Positions 10,528 to 20,328 of a DNA stretch of 64,000 nucleotides are shown one piece after another; positions within the stretch are counted from its first letter, which is position 1; every line of letters starts with the position of its first letter. The DNA lies in assembly GCA_049303795.1 (NCBI GenBank), contig JBAQNM010000005.1, forward strand, positions 286,381 to 350,380, given 5' to 3'. Source of the DNA: Candidatus Moraniibacteriota bacterium. GTDB lineage: Bacteria; Patescibacteriota; Minisyncoccia; Moranbacterales; UBA2206. A model generated the notes under the pieces. It was not told the DNA's origin and did not search any database. It saw nothing but the letters and a program-made list of their open reading frames with translations. A program made the position numbers and the translations under genes.

Positions 10528-11073
10528 TTATTTGGTTGAACTAGCTTTCTTGCCCGCTTTTCTTCTGACTTTTTCACCAACATAACGGAATCCCTTTCCT
10601 TTATATGGCTCCACTTTTTTCAAAACTTTAATATTTGCAGCAAATTGTCCAACTAACTGCTTATCGATTCCACTAATTGATAGAACGTTATTTTCTTCTA
10701 ATTTAGCTGTTATCCCGTCTACAATTTCCACTTCGACTGGATGAGAAAAACCCAGGGCCATTGCTATCTTCTTTCCCTGAATTGACATACGGAAACCAAC
10801 TCCTTGCAGTTCTAACTTTTTCTCATAACCAACACTTACTCCAGTGATAATATTATTCACTAAAGATCTCGTTAGACCCCAAATAGCATTCGCACCAGGG
10901 ATATCGGCCGCCTTAGAAATAATAATTTCGTTGTTATTAATTTCTACTTTAGCATCTTTATGCAAAGTCATACTCAGCTCCCCTTTTGAACCTGTTGCTT
11001 TTAATACATTCTTATCCAAAGTAACGGTTACTCCGTTTGGGATATCAATTGGTTTTTTTCCTATTTTACTCAT
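10528..11073 (-). CDS. rplF: 50S ribosomal protein L6
   Basis: Two-domain uL6 sequence. Confidence 0.9.
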   Translation of the reverse strand: MSKIGKKPIDIPNGVTVTLDKNVLKATGSKGELSMTLHKDAKVEINNNEIIISKAADIPGANAIWGLTRSLVNNIITGVSVGYEKKLELQGVGFRMSIQGKKIAMALGFSHPVEVEIVDGITAKLEENNVLSISGIDKQLVGQFAANIKVLKKVEPYKGKGFRYVGEKVRRKAGKKASSTK

Positions 11074-11098
11074 AAAATTTTCTGCTCTTTAAAATAAA

Positions 11099-11503
11099 TT
11101 ACCAAACTTCACAAACATATTCACCACCTAATCCGGCTTTTTTTGAATCATAATCAGTCATAACACCTTTTGAAGTCGAAATTATCGCAATACCATAATT
11201 ATTTTTAACACCCTTAACTTCCTTGCTTTTAACATAAATTCTCTGACCTTCCTTACTGATTCTACGGATACCTTTGATCGCTGGTATTTTTTGCGTATTA
11301 GAAATAACATAGTATTTCAAAACAATCCTAATTGCATCAAAATTATCCTGTTTTTCTTTTGTTACAGCTTCAACGAAACCTTCTTTCTCCAAGATTTTAG
11401 CTAAAGCAAATTTTAATTTAGAAGCACCAAAAACAACATGGCCGAGACCAGCTGTCTGAGCATTTCTAATTCTAGTTAACATTTCTGATATTGGATCCAA
11501 CAT
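11099..11503 (-). CDS. rpsH: 30S ribosomal protein S8
   Basis: MLDPISEMLTRIRNAQ N-terminus typical of uS8. Confidence 0.9.
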   Translation of the reverse strand: MLDPISEMLTRIRNAQTAGLGHVVFGASKLKFALAKILEKEGFVEAVTKEKQDNFDAIRIVLKYYVISNTQKIPAIKGIRRISKEGQRIYVKSKEVKGVKNNYGIAIISTSKGVMTDYDSKKAGLGGEYVCEVW

Positions 11504-11562
11504 ACGCTTTAAAATTCAAAAAAATTTATAATCAAAAACAAAAAAACTCCAAATAATTAATT

Positions 11563-11748
11563 CTACCAGCTAGATCTCTTTACCCCCGGAATCTGACCTG
11601 TGCTAGCTAGCTCGCGGAAACAAATTCGACATATATCAAATTTCCGCATATAACCATGCTTTCTTCCGCATTTCCAACAACGTCTTACAATCCTAGAAGA
11701 AAACTTTGGTTTCTTTTTTGCTCTAACCTCAACAGATAATTTCGCCAT
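11563..11748 (-). CDS. rpsN: 30S ribosomal protein S14 type Z (zinc-binding)
   Basis: 61 aa with CxxC...CxxC; sits between L5 and S8. Confidence 0.85.
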   Translation of the reverse strand: MAKLSVEVRAKKKPKFSSRIVRRCWKCGRKHGYMRKFDICRICFRELASTGQIPGVKRSSW

Positions 11749-11776
11749 TTTAATCTAATTAATACTTATTAAAAAT

Positions 11777-12328
11777 TTATTTAACCTCTTTTTTTTCGAT
11801 TGGAAATCCTAATAATCTAAACAATGCTAGACCTTCGGCCTGATTCTTAGCTGTAGTCACAACGGTTACTTGAAGTCCAAAAGATGTCTTAACTTGTTCT
11901 GGAGAAATTTCAGGAAAAATCAGATGTTCTTTTATACCAATATTTAAATTTCCACCCTCATCAACTGCAGATATTTTAATCCCATGAAAATCACGAATAC
12001 GAGGAATAGCTGCACCAATTAACTTCTCCAAAAAATCCCACTTTCTTTTTCCACGGAGAGTCATCTTAATACCAATTTCTAGTCCCTCCCTAGTTTTAAA
12101 TCCAGCAATTGATTTCTTAGATTTGGTCATTACTGGCTTTTGTCCACCAATCATTTTCAAGGAATTAAATATATCGGTCACTAAAGCAGAGTCTTTAATA
12201 AACTTTCCAATTCCAACATTCAAAATAATTTTTTCAATTTTCGGCACTTCCAAATCATTCTTCATGTTGAACTGCTTTTTCATCTCAATCACCGCCTCTT
12301 TATTATATTTTTCTCTAATTGATCCCAT
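11777..12328 (-). CDS. rplE: 50S ribosomal protein L5
   Basis: uL5 sequence. Start moved to the internal MGSIREKY Met to remove overlap with rplX (track ORF extends to 12358). Confidence 0.88.
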   Translation of the reverse strand: MGSIREKYNKEAVIEMKKQFNMKNDLEVPKIEKIILNVGIGKFIKDSALVTDIFNSLKMIGGQKPVMTKSKKSIAGFKTREGLEIGIKMTLRGKRKWDFLEKLIGAAIPRIRDFHGIKISAVDEGGNLNIGIKEHLIFPEISPEQVKTSFGLQVTVVTTAKNQAEGLALFRLLGFPIEKKEVK

Positions 12329-12339
12329 ATTTTTTGTAA

Positions 12340-12645
12340 TTAAATTTCTGCTTTGCATTTTTTACACACTCTAACCTTCTTTTCTCCTTCTGCTTTGAAT
12401 CCAACCCTAGTTGCAATTGAACATTTTGGACAAACAATCATCGCGTTAGAAACATCAATTTTTCTTGGCATTTCAATTCTTTGTCCCTTTTCTCCCTCTT
12501 TTCTTGGTTTATTATGTTTTTTGAGCATATTCAAACCTTCAACAACAATTTTTTTCTCATCAGGCAAAACACGTAAAACTTTCCCTGTTTTTCCAGAATC
12601 TTTCCCTGCTAGCATTTTCACCAAATCGTTTTTCTTAATTCGCAT
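12340..12645 (-). CDS. rplX: 50S ribosomal protein L24 with C-terminal CxxC...CxxC extension
   Basis: KOW motif KKNDLVKMLAGKDSGKTGKVLRV, plus a C-terminal CPKC...CKKC zinc-ribbon-like tail. Confidence 0.8.
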   Translation of the reverse strand: MRIKKNDLVKMLAGKDSGKTGKVLRVLPDEKKIVVEGLNMLKKHNKPRKEGEKGQRIEMPRKIDVSNAMIVCPKCSIATRVGFKAEGEKKVRVCKKCKAEI

Positions 12646-12660
12646 ATATTTATCAAAAAT

Positions 12661-13026
12661 TTATAAAACCTCCGGGGCAAGAGAAGCTATTTTATTAAAT
12701 CCCTTATCTCGAATCTCTCTCGCAATCGGACCAAAAATTCTAGTTCCTTTTGGCTCCTTAGCTTCAACTATCACTGCTGCATTTTCATCGAAACGAATAT
12801 AAGATCCGTCTTTTCTTCTAAACTCTTTTCTCTGTCTCACAATAACAGCTCGCACCTTATCGCCTTTTTTAACCATCCCTCGTGGTTCAGCTGATTTAAC
12901 AGAGGCTACGATGATGTCTCCCAATTGAGCAAAGTGTTTTCTTGTTCCACCAAGCACCTTAAAGCACTTGATCATTTTTGCTCCAGTGTTATCCGCTACT
13001 ACTAATTTTGTTTCTGCCTGTATCAT
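12661..13026 (-). CDS. rplN: 50S ribosomal protein L14
   Basis: [18 protein letters not shown]-terminus of uL14. Confidence 0.9.
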   Translation of the reverse strand: MIQAETKLVVADNTGAKMIKCFKVLGGTRKHFAQLGDIIVASVKSAEPRGMVKKGDKVRAVIVRQRKEFRRKDGSYIRFDENAAVIVEAKEPKGTRIFGPIAREIRDKGFNKIASLAPEVL

Positions 13027-13030
13027 ATAT

Positions 13031-13264
13031 TTATACTACAATATAACTTTTATCCTTACTAAGTGGTTTGCAGGGAATAATTTCTACCACATCCCCAGTT
13101 TTAAATTTATTTTCAGCATCATGCGCCTTGTATTTTTTAGTTGAGCGATACTTCTTTTTGTATTTAGAATGAGTCTTTAAAGTATCAACCGCAACAACTA
13201 TGGTTTTATCCATTTTATCGCTAACAACAATTCCCTTTTTTCTGGTAATAATTTTATCTTTCAT
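13031..13264 (-). CDS. rpsQ: 30S ribosomal protein S17
   Basis: uS17 OB-fold sequence in its usual position. Confidence 0.85.
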   Translation of the reverse strand: MKDKIITRKKGIVVSDKMDKTIVVAVDTLKTHSKYKKKYRSTKKYKAHDAENKFKTGDVVEIIPCKPLSKDKSYIVV

Positions 13265-13284
13265 ACTTTCAATAAAAAATTATA

Positions 13285-13479
13285 TTATACTTGCTTATTT
13301 TTTTCACGAATTAGCGTAATTATTCTTGCTACAGCTCTCTTTTCTGTTCTGATCCGCCTAACTCCTTTTACTTGCTTGGCCGCCAATTCAAACCTGAATT
13401 TTCTGATATTTTCAGCTTTTTCAGCTAAAAGTTTCGTTAATTCGGCAACATTTTTATCTCTTAATTCTTTAATCTTCAT
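13285..13479 (-). CDS. rpmC: 50S ribosomal protein L29
   Basis: MKIKELRDK...helical uL29; start set at the internal Met to avoid overlap with rplP. Confidence 0.8.
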   Translation of the reverse strand: MKIKELRDKNVAELTKLLAEKAENIRKFRFELAAKQVKGVRRIRTEKRAVARIITLIREKNKQV

Positions 13480-13483
13480 ATAA

Positions 13484-13897
13484 TTAATCTTCTTTAGCAA
13501 TAAATCTGGTTTTTAAATTCAACTTGTGCGAAGCGAGACGCATAGCCTCCTTAGCAACCTCTCTTTTCACACCATCCATTTCAAACATAATTGTTCCAGG
13601 TTTCACAACAGCCACAAAATGATCAACAGCACCTTTTCCTTTACCCATCGGTGTTTCATCGCCTTTTTTAGTCATTGGCTTGTTGGGAAAAATTCTAATC
13701 CAAATTTTACCTCCTCTTTGAACAGATCTTGTCATCGCACGTCTGGCTGCTTCAATTTGTCTAGCTGAAACCAAACTTGAACCAATAGCCTTGAGACCAA
13801 AGCTACCAAAACTAATTGCGTTGCCACGCATCGCATTTCCGCGAATTGCTCCACCGCGTTGGACTTTTCTGTGTTTTACTTTTTTAGGCATCAACAT
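13484..13897 (-). CDS. rplP: 50S ribosomal protein L16
   Basis: [16 protein letters not shown]-terminus of uL16. Confidence 0.9.
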   Translation of the reverse strand: MLMPKKVKHRKVQRGGAIRGNAMRGNAISFGSFGLKAIGSSLVSARQIEAARRAMTRSVQRGGKIWIRIFPNKPMTKKGDETPMGKGKGAVDHFVAVVKPGTIMFEMDGVKREVAKEAMRLASHKLNLKTRFIAKED

Positions 13898-13923
13898 AGC
13901 TTTGTTCGATCTAGTTTAATATA

Positions 13924-14577
13924 TTATTTCTTTTCATCAAAAACCTCTCCTTTATATAACCAAGCCTTTACTCCAATAGCACCATAAGTTGTAAAAGCTG
14001 TTGCTTTAGCAAAATCAATATTAGCACGTAATGTATGAAGTGGCAGTGTTCCCTTTGATAACCATTCTCTGCGTGACATTTCTGCTCCACCTAAACGCCC
14101 TGACATTTCGATTTTTATTCCTTTAATTGAGCTATTTTTCATTCCTTGTTCTAGCATCATTTTCATTGCTCTTCTAAAAGGAATTCTTTTTTCCAATTGC
14201 TCTGCAACATTCTGAGCTACAATCATGGCACTTTCCTCAAAATTCTTAATTTCCTGAATTTCTATCCTTAGATCAGCCTTACGATTTTGTTTGAAATAAA
14301 CGTCTTGAATATATTTTTTAATATCCTCCACTCCACTACCACCTCTTCCAATAAGCACTCCGGGACGAGCAGTTTTAATAATAATTTTTATAGCAGCTTG
14401 TGATCTTTCAATTTCCACTTCTGAAATAAAAGCCGCTTTCCATTTTTTAAAAACATCCAATCTAATCTCAATATCTTGTTTGAGATTTGCGTTGTAATTT
14501 TTTTTACTAAACCATTTTGATCTCCAGTTTTGTGTAATACCTAGTCGCAGACCAATTGGATTTACTTTATGTCCCAT
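13924..14577 (-). CDS. rpsC: 30S ribosomal protein S3
   Basis: MGHKVNPIGLRLGI N-terminus and KH domain. Confidence 0.9.
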   Translation of the reverse strand: MGHKVNPIGLRLGITQNWRSKWFSKKNYNANLKQDIEIRLDVFKKWKAAFISEVEIERSQAAIKIIIKTARPGVLIGRGGSGVEDIKKYIQDVYFKQNRKADLRIEIQEIKNFEESAMIVAQNVAEQLEKRIPFRRAMKMMLEQGMKNSSIKGIKIEMSGRLGGAEMSRREWLSKGTLPLHTLRANIDFAKATAFTTYGAIGVKAWLYKGEVFDEKK

Positions 14578-14598
14578 AATATCTTAAATTCAAATTAA

Positions 14599-15183
14599 TT
14601 ACATTGACTTTCTTCTAAAAATTCGATTTGTCCAGGTTTTAGAATCACTTTTACTCTTATTAGCTTTATCCTCTGATTTCACTGTCTTATCTATAACTTT
14701 TTCACTTTTTGCCTCTTTTAATTCTTTTGCAGCAGCACTTTCCTTTTCTGCAGCTTCTTTCTCTCGTTGCTTCGACTCAGCCATTGCCTGTTTCAACTTC
14801 TCTTTTTTCTCTTTATCCATCTGCTCTTTGGTTTTTCTTCCCTTTCCTTCAATTCTTTCTTCTAAAATTATTCTGATTTTTGATGTTCTTTTTAAAATTT
14901 GTCCGGCGCGTCCATAGGCTTTAGGCATCCATCTTTTCATCGTTGGTCCAGCTCCGACATTGACATCCAACACGTAAAGATTATCTTTTGCTAGACCAAA
15001 ATTATTTTCCGCATTAGCAATCGCGCTCAAAAGCAATTTTTGCATGTATCCACTGGTTTTTTTAATAGCCACGTCTAACTGACTAACAGCTTCCAATGCA
15101 TCCATTCCCTTGATCAAATCTGCTACCAACTTAACTTTTCTGGGTGAAACTCTTAAATTGTTTAATTCCGCTGTTACTTTCAT
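14599..15183 (-). CDS. rplV: 50S ribosomal protein L22 with about 75-aa K/E/A-rich C-terminal extension
   Basis: uL22 core (aa 1-115) followed by a low-complexity tail KEQMDKEKKEKLKQAMAESKQREKEAAEK... Confidence 0.8.
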   Translation of the reverse strand: MKVTAELNNLRVSPRKVKLVADLIKGMDALEAVSQLDVAIKKTSGYMQKLLLSAIANAENNFGLAKDNLYVLDVNVGAGPTMKRWMPKAYGRAGQILKRTSKIRIILEERIEGKGRKTKEQMDKEKKEKLKQAMAESKQREKEAAEKESAAAKELKEAKSEKVIDKTVKSEDKANKSKSDSKTWTNRIFRRKSM

Positions 15184-15194
15184 ATGCTAATATA

Positions 15195-15539
15195 TTATTT
15201 TTTCTTAGTAGACTCGGAAGCTTTAGCCGCCTTGGCAGAATCTGCTTCTTTTTGCTTAGCAGCTGTCTCCATCTCTTTCTGCATCTTTCCTCCATGTCTT
15301 GTAAATTTCCTAGTTGGAGAAAACTCCCCTAAACGATGCCCCACTTTTTCTTCAGTAATTGAAACTGGTATAAATGTCTTTCCATTATAAACACCAAAAG
15401 TGAAACCAACCATTTCAGGAGAAATAACTGAAGCACGAATCCATGTCTTAATCACAGATCTATCGCCAGGTTTTTTATTCAAAACCTTCTTTAATAATCT
15501 CTCGTCCACATAAGGACCTTTTTTAATACTTCGTGTCAT
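15195..15539 (-). CDS. rpsS: 30S ribosomal protein S19 with K/A-rich C-terminal tail
   Basis: [20 protein letters not shown]-terminus of uS19 plus a tail of about 25 aa. Confidence 0.85.
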   Translation of the reverse strand: MTRSIKKGPYVDERLLKKVLNKKPGDRSVIKTWIRASVISPEMVGFTFGVYNGKTFIPVSITEEKVGHRLGEFSPTRKFTRHGGKMQKEMETAAKQKEADSAKAAKASESTKKK

Positions 15540-15542
15540 ATT

Positions 15543-16376
15543 TTATTTCCGCTTTGTTCTTCTCTTAATTATATACTTATCACTATACTTAGTCTTTTTT
15601 CTAGTTTTCTTTCCGAGCGCCGGCTTTCCCCAAGGTGTTTTTGGATGTTTAAGCCCAATTCCTTGACGACCCTCGCCTCCACCGTGTGGATGATCAACTG
15701 GATTCATAGCAGAACCACGAACTGTTGGGCGTTTATTTAACCATCTACTCTTTCCCGCTTTTCCTATATTAATTGAATTGCTTTCAAAATTACTAACTTG
15801 ACCAACTGTAGCATAACATTCATTACTTACCAAGCGAATTTCCCCTGATGCTAATTTTATCTGGGCATTCTTTTCATCTACTGCTGTAAGAGTTGCTGAA
15901 GATCCAGCGCTACGCACAACTTGCCCGCCACGTCCAGAGAATAATTCTATGTTACAAATAGTTGTTCCAATAGGAATATTTTTTACTTTTGCTCGATTAC
16001 CAATTTTTACTGGAGCATTTTCAGCTGTGATAACTTCTTGACCAGCACGCATACCTTCTGTTGCTAAAATATATCGCTTTTCTCCATCTGCATAATTAAC
16101 CAAAGCGATAAAAGCATTCCGATTAGGATCTTTTTCAATCGCAGCTACCTTACAAGGGATTCCAAATTTGTCTTGTAAAAAATCAACTATGCGATACCTC
16201 TGCTTGTGTCCACCTCCTTGATGTCTTACTGAAATTTTTCCACCAGAACGTCCCGCTTTTTTACTTTGAATAGCAAGTAGGGATTTTTCTGGCTTTTTCT
16301 TCGCCACAAAATCAACTCGGACAACCGACATATTTCTTCTTCCTGCTGTATTTTTTTTGTAAATCTTAATTGCCAT
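15543..16376 (-). CDS. rplB: 50S ribosomal protein L2
   Basis: uL2 sequence including the conserved HPHGGGEG motif. Confidence 0.9.
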   Translation of the reverse strand: MAIKIYKKNTAGRRNMSVVRVDFVAKKKPEKSLLAIQSKKAGRSGGKISVRHQGGGHKQRYRIVDFLQDKFGIPCKVAAIEKDPNRNAFIALVNYADGEKRYILATEGMRAGQEVITAENAPVKIGNRAKVKNIPIGTTICNIELFSGRGGQVVRSAGSSATLTAVDEKNAQIKLASGEIRLVSNECYATVGQVSNFESNSINIGKAGKSRWLNKRPTVRGSAMNPVDHPHGGGEGRQGIGLKHPKTPWGKPALGKKTRKKTKYSDKYIIKRRTKRK

Positions 16377-16393
16377 ATAATAATCAAACTAAA

Positions 16394-16708
16394 TTATTTT
16401 CCTTCAAAAACATCAATTTTACTACCCTCTTTCAATGTTACTATTGCTTTTCGATAAGCTGATTTCCAACCAGGTATTCTTCCTCTGCTTCTAGCTTTTT
16501 TTGGCAGACTAACTGTATTAATTTTATCCACTTTAACTTTATATATTTTTTCAATTGCAGCCTTAATTTGAACCTTATTAGCTCTTGATGAGATTTTAAA
16601 AATATACTTATTATTTTCAATACTAGCAGTTGCCGCTTCAGTAATAATCGGCTCGATAAGAACGCTAGATAAAATATTTTCTTGATTTGGATTGTCTAGT
16701 TTTTTCAT
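16394..16708 (-). CDS. rplW: 50S ribosomal protein L23
   Basis: uL23-like sequence between L4 and L2. Confidence 0.8.
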   Translation of the reverse strand: MKKLDNPNQENILSSVLIEPIITEAATASIENNKYIFKISSRANKVQIKAAIEKIYKVKVDKINTVSLPKKARSRGRIPGWKSAYRKAIVTLKEGSKIDVFEGK

Positions 16709-17349
16709 TATTTTGCTTCTACCTGCTTATACTTTTCCTCTAAATAACGCACTGATTCCTTACTCATAACTAAATTTTTATTCTTTAACATATCAAGTAC
16801 ATTCAATTGTTCGGTCGAAATATTTTCCACTGTCTTTATGTTACGACTAATCATACAATTATCTTTTTCCCCATCCTTGTAGGCTAAAAGTGTTCGTCCT
16901 TTTATTTTTAGACTGTCTAGCATTGCCACTGCTTGTTTAGTCTTTTTTTCTGTAAAATTAAAACTATCTAAAATAAATATTTGATTGTCTCTCAATTTTC
17001 CGCTAAGAACAACGGTAATTGCTTTCTGATTCATCTTTTTATTTATTTTCTGCTTGTAATTTCGATCACTGCTTGGTCCAAAAACTACACCTCCTTTTTT
17101 CCAAAGTGGAGTTCTTCTTGAGCCAACACGAGCGCGTCCGGTACCTTTTTGCTTCCATGGCTTGATTCCACTACCAGCTCTTTCTCCCCTATTTTTAGTA
17201 TCTGCTAAAACCTGTCGTTTATTTGCATCTAAGGAAACTATAACCTGGTTAATAAGATCATCATTTTTTGGTAAGCCAAAAACAAAATCAGATATTTCTA
17301 TTTCTTCTGTTTCTTTTCCTTCTAGATTGTAGACTTTTACTTTTGCCAT
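16708..17349 (-). CDS. rplD: 50S ribosomal protein L4
   Basis: uL4 sequence. Start set at MAKVKVYNLEGK to remove the 23-nt overlap with rplC (track ORF extends to 17385). Confidence 0.85.
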   Translation of the reverse strand: MAKVKVYNLEGKETEEIEISDFVFGLPKNDDLINQVIVSLDANKRQVLADTKNRGERAGSGIKPWKQKGTGRARVGSRRTPLWKKGGVVFGPSSDRNYKQKINKKMNQKAITVVLSGKLRDNQIFILDSFNFTEKKTKQAVAMLDSLKIKGRTLLAYKDGEKDNCMISRNIKTVENISTEQLNVLDMLKNKNLVMSKESVRYLEEKYKQVEAK

Positions 17350-17362
17350 ATAACTAATATAT

Positions 17363-17920
17363 TTAAACTGTTCTAATTTCCACAATTCCTCCTGGAATAC
17401 CCGGTATTGCGCCCTTAATGCCTAATAACATTTTTTCTTTATCAATAAAAACCACCTTTAAATTTTTAGTTGTTACTCGATCCCCGCCCATTCTTCCTGC
17501 CATTCTTTTTCCTTTAACAACATGCTCTGGAAAACCAGAACCGATTGCACCAGGTGCGCGTAAGTCATGCTTATGACCATGTGATGCTGGTGACCCTCTG
17601 AAACCATGTCGCTTAACTCCTCCTTGAAATCCTTTGGCTTTTGAAATTCCCGTTACGCGAACTTTTTCTCCAATTTCAAACATTGACACCTCACACATAT
17701 CTTCTTTTTTTAAATCAGTCTCTTCTACGCGAAACTCTTTTTTAGCTATTTTTCTTCTTGATTTAGAGATTTCCAATTGAACAGCTGAATAGCCATCTTT
17801 TGCTTTTTCTTTAACAAGCGACACTTTTGAAGAACATTCCAGAAGTGTAATATTCAAAGCACCCTTATCTTCATAAAGCGTTGTCATTCCTATTTTTTTT
17901 CCTAAAATAAACTTATCCAT
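17363..17920 (-). CDS. rplC: 50S ribosomal protein L3
   Basis: uL3 sequence with a Gly/His-rich loop. Confidence 0.9.
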   Translation of the reverse strand: MDKFILGKKIGMTTLYEDKGALNITLLECSSKVSLVKEKAKDGYSAVQLEISKSRRKIAKKEFRVEETDLKKEDMCEVSMFEIGEKVRVTGISKAKGFQGGVKRHGFRGSPASHGHKHDLRAPGAIGSGFPEHVVKGKRMAGRMGGDRVTTKNLKVVFIDKEKMLLGIKGAIPGIPGGIVEIRTV

Positions 17921-18033
17921 AATTTTCTTTAAATAAAAAACGGCTACATGCTAGCCGGAAACCTTTTTAGGGTTTAAGAAATTTCTTTCTTGGCTAGTTG
18001 AGTATCCCGAAATATTGGGACTTTAACTAGTGA

Positions 18034-18363
18034 TTACATTTTAATTTCAATATCCACTCCAGCTGGTAAATCTAAGTTAGTTAAACTATCGATTGTTTTT
18101 GGCGTTGGACTTACTATATCAATCAGTCTTTTATGAATTCTCATCTCATACTGATCACGAGCATCTTTGTGTACAAAGGTTGATTTATTTACCGTAAATT
18201 TGCGAATTTCCGTCGGCAAAGGTACGGGACCAACAACGCTTGCACCTGAGCGCTCCGCTGTCTCCACGATCTGATGAGCAGATTGATCAATAATCTTATG
18301 ATCATATGCCTTGATCTTAATCCTGATTCTTGTTTTAACTTCTTCTTCTTTCTTTAACATCAA
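18034..18363 (-). CDS. rpsJ: 30S ribosomal protein S10
   Basis: [17 protein letters not shown] motif of uS10; first gene of the S10 operon. Confidence 0.9.
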   Translation of the reverse strand: MMLKKEEEVKTRIRIKIKAYDHKIIDQSAHQIVETAERSGASVVGPVPLPTEIRKFTVNKSTFVHKDARDQYEMRIHKRLIDIVSPTPKTIDSLTNLDLPAGVDIEIKM

Positions 18364-18518
18364 TTTTAAACGAATTTTTAAACTTTATATTTCAAACTTT
18401 CTCTATCATCCAGCCCTCAACCCTACAGTTAAACACTTTAGCATACAAACTTCTTTTTAGTCAAATTTTCTTGAACTTTATAGAAATTTAGAGCTGGATA
18501 AAGAAAAAACTATCTAAT

Positions 18519-19712
18519 TTATTTGGTAATTTTTGTAACCATTCCGGCACCAACAGTACGTCCACCTTCACGAATGGCGAAGCGCATTCCTTCTTCCATA
18601 GCAACTGGAGCGCCCAATACAACCTTAAAACTTACATTATCTCCTGGCATTACCATCTCTGTTCCTTCTGGAAGCATAACCTCGCCAGTCACATCTGTAG
18701 TTCTAACATAGAACTGTGGCTTGTAGCCCTTGAAAAATGGAGTATGACGTCCACCTTCTTCTTTTGTTAAAATATATACTTCACATTCAAATTCTGTGTG
18801 TGGATTGATTGAGCCAGTCTTTGCTAAAACCTGACCTCTTTCAACATCTTCCTTCTTGATTCCGCGAATAAGTACGCCTGCATTATCTCCAGCTTGACCT
18901 CTATCCAATGTCTTATTAAACATTTCAATTCCAGTTACAACTGTTTTTTGAGTTGCGCGAAGACCAACAATTTCAACTTCTTCATTAACATTGATAACAC
19001 CTCTTTCGATTCTTCCTGTTACAACAGTTCCACGTCCATCAATTGTAAAAATATCTTCGATTGGCATTAAGAATGGTTTTTCCGTTTCTCTAATAGGTTC
19101 AGGAATCTTAGCATCAAGTGCATCCATCAACTCAAAGATTGGCTTAGCGTCAGCATCTTCAGCTGATTTAGCTTCTAAAGCTTTCAAGGCAGATCCACGG
19201 ATAACCTTAGCATTATCTCCATCAAATTCATATTTAGTCAAAAGCTCTCTGACTTCAGCTTCAACCAAATCAATCAGCTCTGGATCATCAACCATATCGA
19301 CTTTATTCAAAAATACTACAATCTCTGGAACACCAACTTGTTTTGCTAAAAGAATGTGCTCTCGAGTTTGAGGCATAGGACCGTCAGTTGCAGCAACAAC
19401 AATTATCGCTCCGTCCATTTGAGCAGCTCCGGTAATCATGTTCTTAATATAATCAGCATGTCCTGGACAGTCAACGTGAGCGTAATGACGTTTATCTGTT
19501 TCGTATTCACAATGAGCTGTTGCAATTGTAATTCCACGCTCTCTTTCCTCAGGAGCTTTGTCAATCTCATCAATTCCTTTTTCCTTAGCCTTTCCTACAA
19601 AGCTAAGCACGTGAAGAATAGCTGCTGTCAATGTAGTTTTACCATGGTCAACATGACCGATAGTTCCAACATTAACATGGGGCTTGGTTCTTTCAAATTT
19701 TTCTGCTGCCAT
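18519..19712 (-). CDS. tuf: Elongation factor Tu
   Basis: [11 protein letters not shown]-loop, DCPGH and NKVD motifs; 397 aa. Confidence 0.95.
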   Translation of the reverse strand: MAAEKFERTKPHVNVGTIGHVDHGKTTLTAAILHVLSFVGKAKEKGIDEIDKAPEERERGITIATAHCEYETDKRHYAHVDCPGHADYIKNMITGAAQMDGAIIVVAATDGPMPQTREHILLAKQVGVPEIVVFLNKVDMVDDPELIDLVEAEVRELLTKYEFDGDNAKVIRGSALKALEAKSAEDADAKPIFELMDALDAKIPEPIRETEKPFLMPIEDIFTIDGRGTVVTGRIERGVINVNEEVEIVGLRATQKTVVTGIEMFNKTLDRGQAGDNAGVLIRGIKKEDVERGQVLAKTGSINPHTEFECEVYILTKEEGGRHTPFFKGYKPQFYVRTTDVTGEVMLPEGTEMVMPGDNVSFKVVLGAPVAMEEGMRFAIREGGRTVGAGMVTKITK

Positions 19713-19822
19713 ATTTTTTTTGACAACCCTAGCTGCTAAGTGCTGGAGAAAAAAAATAATCTCGCAACGACTTTGCGGTTGTTCTTTATTAAATTTAATT
19801 ATTTAACTTTCGCACAAAAACT

Positions 19823-19851
19823 ATTTTACTAAAAATAAACACTTTTGACAA
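19823..19851 (-). promoter_or_regulatory. Putative sigma70-type promoter for tuf (TTGTCA-17-TAAAAT)
   Basis: Minus strand ttgtcaaaagtgtttatttttagtaaaat about 110 nt upstream of the tuf ATG. Confidence 0.4.
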
Positions 19852-19856
19852 CTTTT

Positions 19857-20135
19857 TTATAAAACATTTTCATAGTGCACTTCGTTTTCTTTTATCTCAC
19901 CCAGTGCTTCTAATTCAATGTCTGCCAGCTCTCTTTCTTCTTGAGAAAACTTCCAACTAGCAATATCATTATTTATCTTATCAACCAATTCTTGCTTTGT
20001 CAACCCCGTTACATTTTCTTGTCTAATTCGCTTGAATTCTTTGAGTGTCAAGATGACATAATATTGATCTTGATCCTGAATTACCCCTCTACCACCCAAT
20101 AATTCCAATGCCTCTTTTAATTTTGTATCCAACAT
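19857..20135 (-). CDS. Hypothetical 92-aa protein inserted between fusA and tuf (weak Phd/YefM-antitoxin-like N-terminal pattern)
   Basis: Clean ORF with its own putative terminator and the tuf promoter downstream. The segment DQYYVILTLKEFKRI resembles the beta-strand/helix of Phd/YefM antitoxins, but this is pattern-level only. Confidence 0.4.
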   Translation of the reverse strand: MLDTKLKEALELLGGRGVIQDQDQYYVILTLKEFKRIRQENVTGLTKQELVDKINNDIASWKFSQEERELADIELEALGEIKENEVHYENVL

Positions 20136-20267
20136 AGAAAAGTAAACTATTTTATTACCTCTTCCATAAAATATTACCGTAGTAATTGTTTTATGTCAAA
20201 TTTATAGAATTAATAGTCAAAAAATATGAAACTCCTTTCTTATTTTTTATTATTTATTTGAAAAATG

Positions 20268-20301
20268 CAATAAAAAAAACAACCTCGACTAATCGAAGCT
20301 G
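20268..20301 (-). terminator. Rho-independent terminator immediately after fusA
   Basis: Minus strand agcttcga-ttag-tcgaggtt (8-bp stem, two G-U pairs) followed by gttttttttatt. Confidence 0.45.
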
Positions 20302-20328
20302 TTTTAATAAAGTCTATAAAATATCCTA

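Noticed and set aside
12353-12802. 149-aa plus ORF overlapping rplX/rplN
   Set aside because: It is antisense to two conserved ribosomal protein genes.
18523-19739. Several plus-strand ORFs (62-127 aa) within tuf
   Set aside because: They are antisense to EF-Tu, with Ser-rich low-complexity translations.
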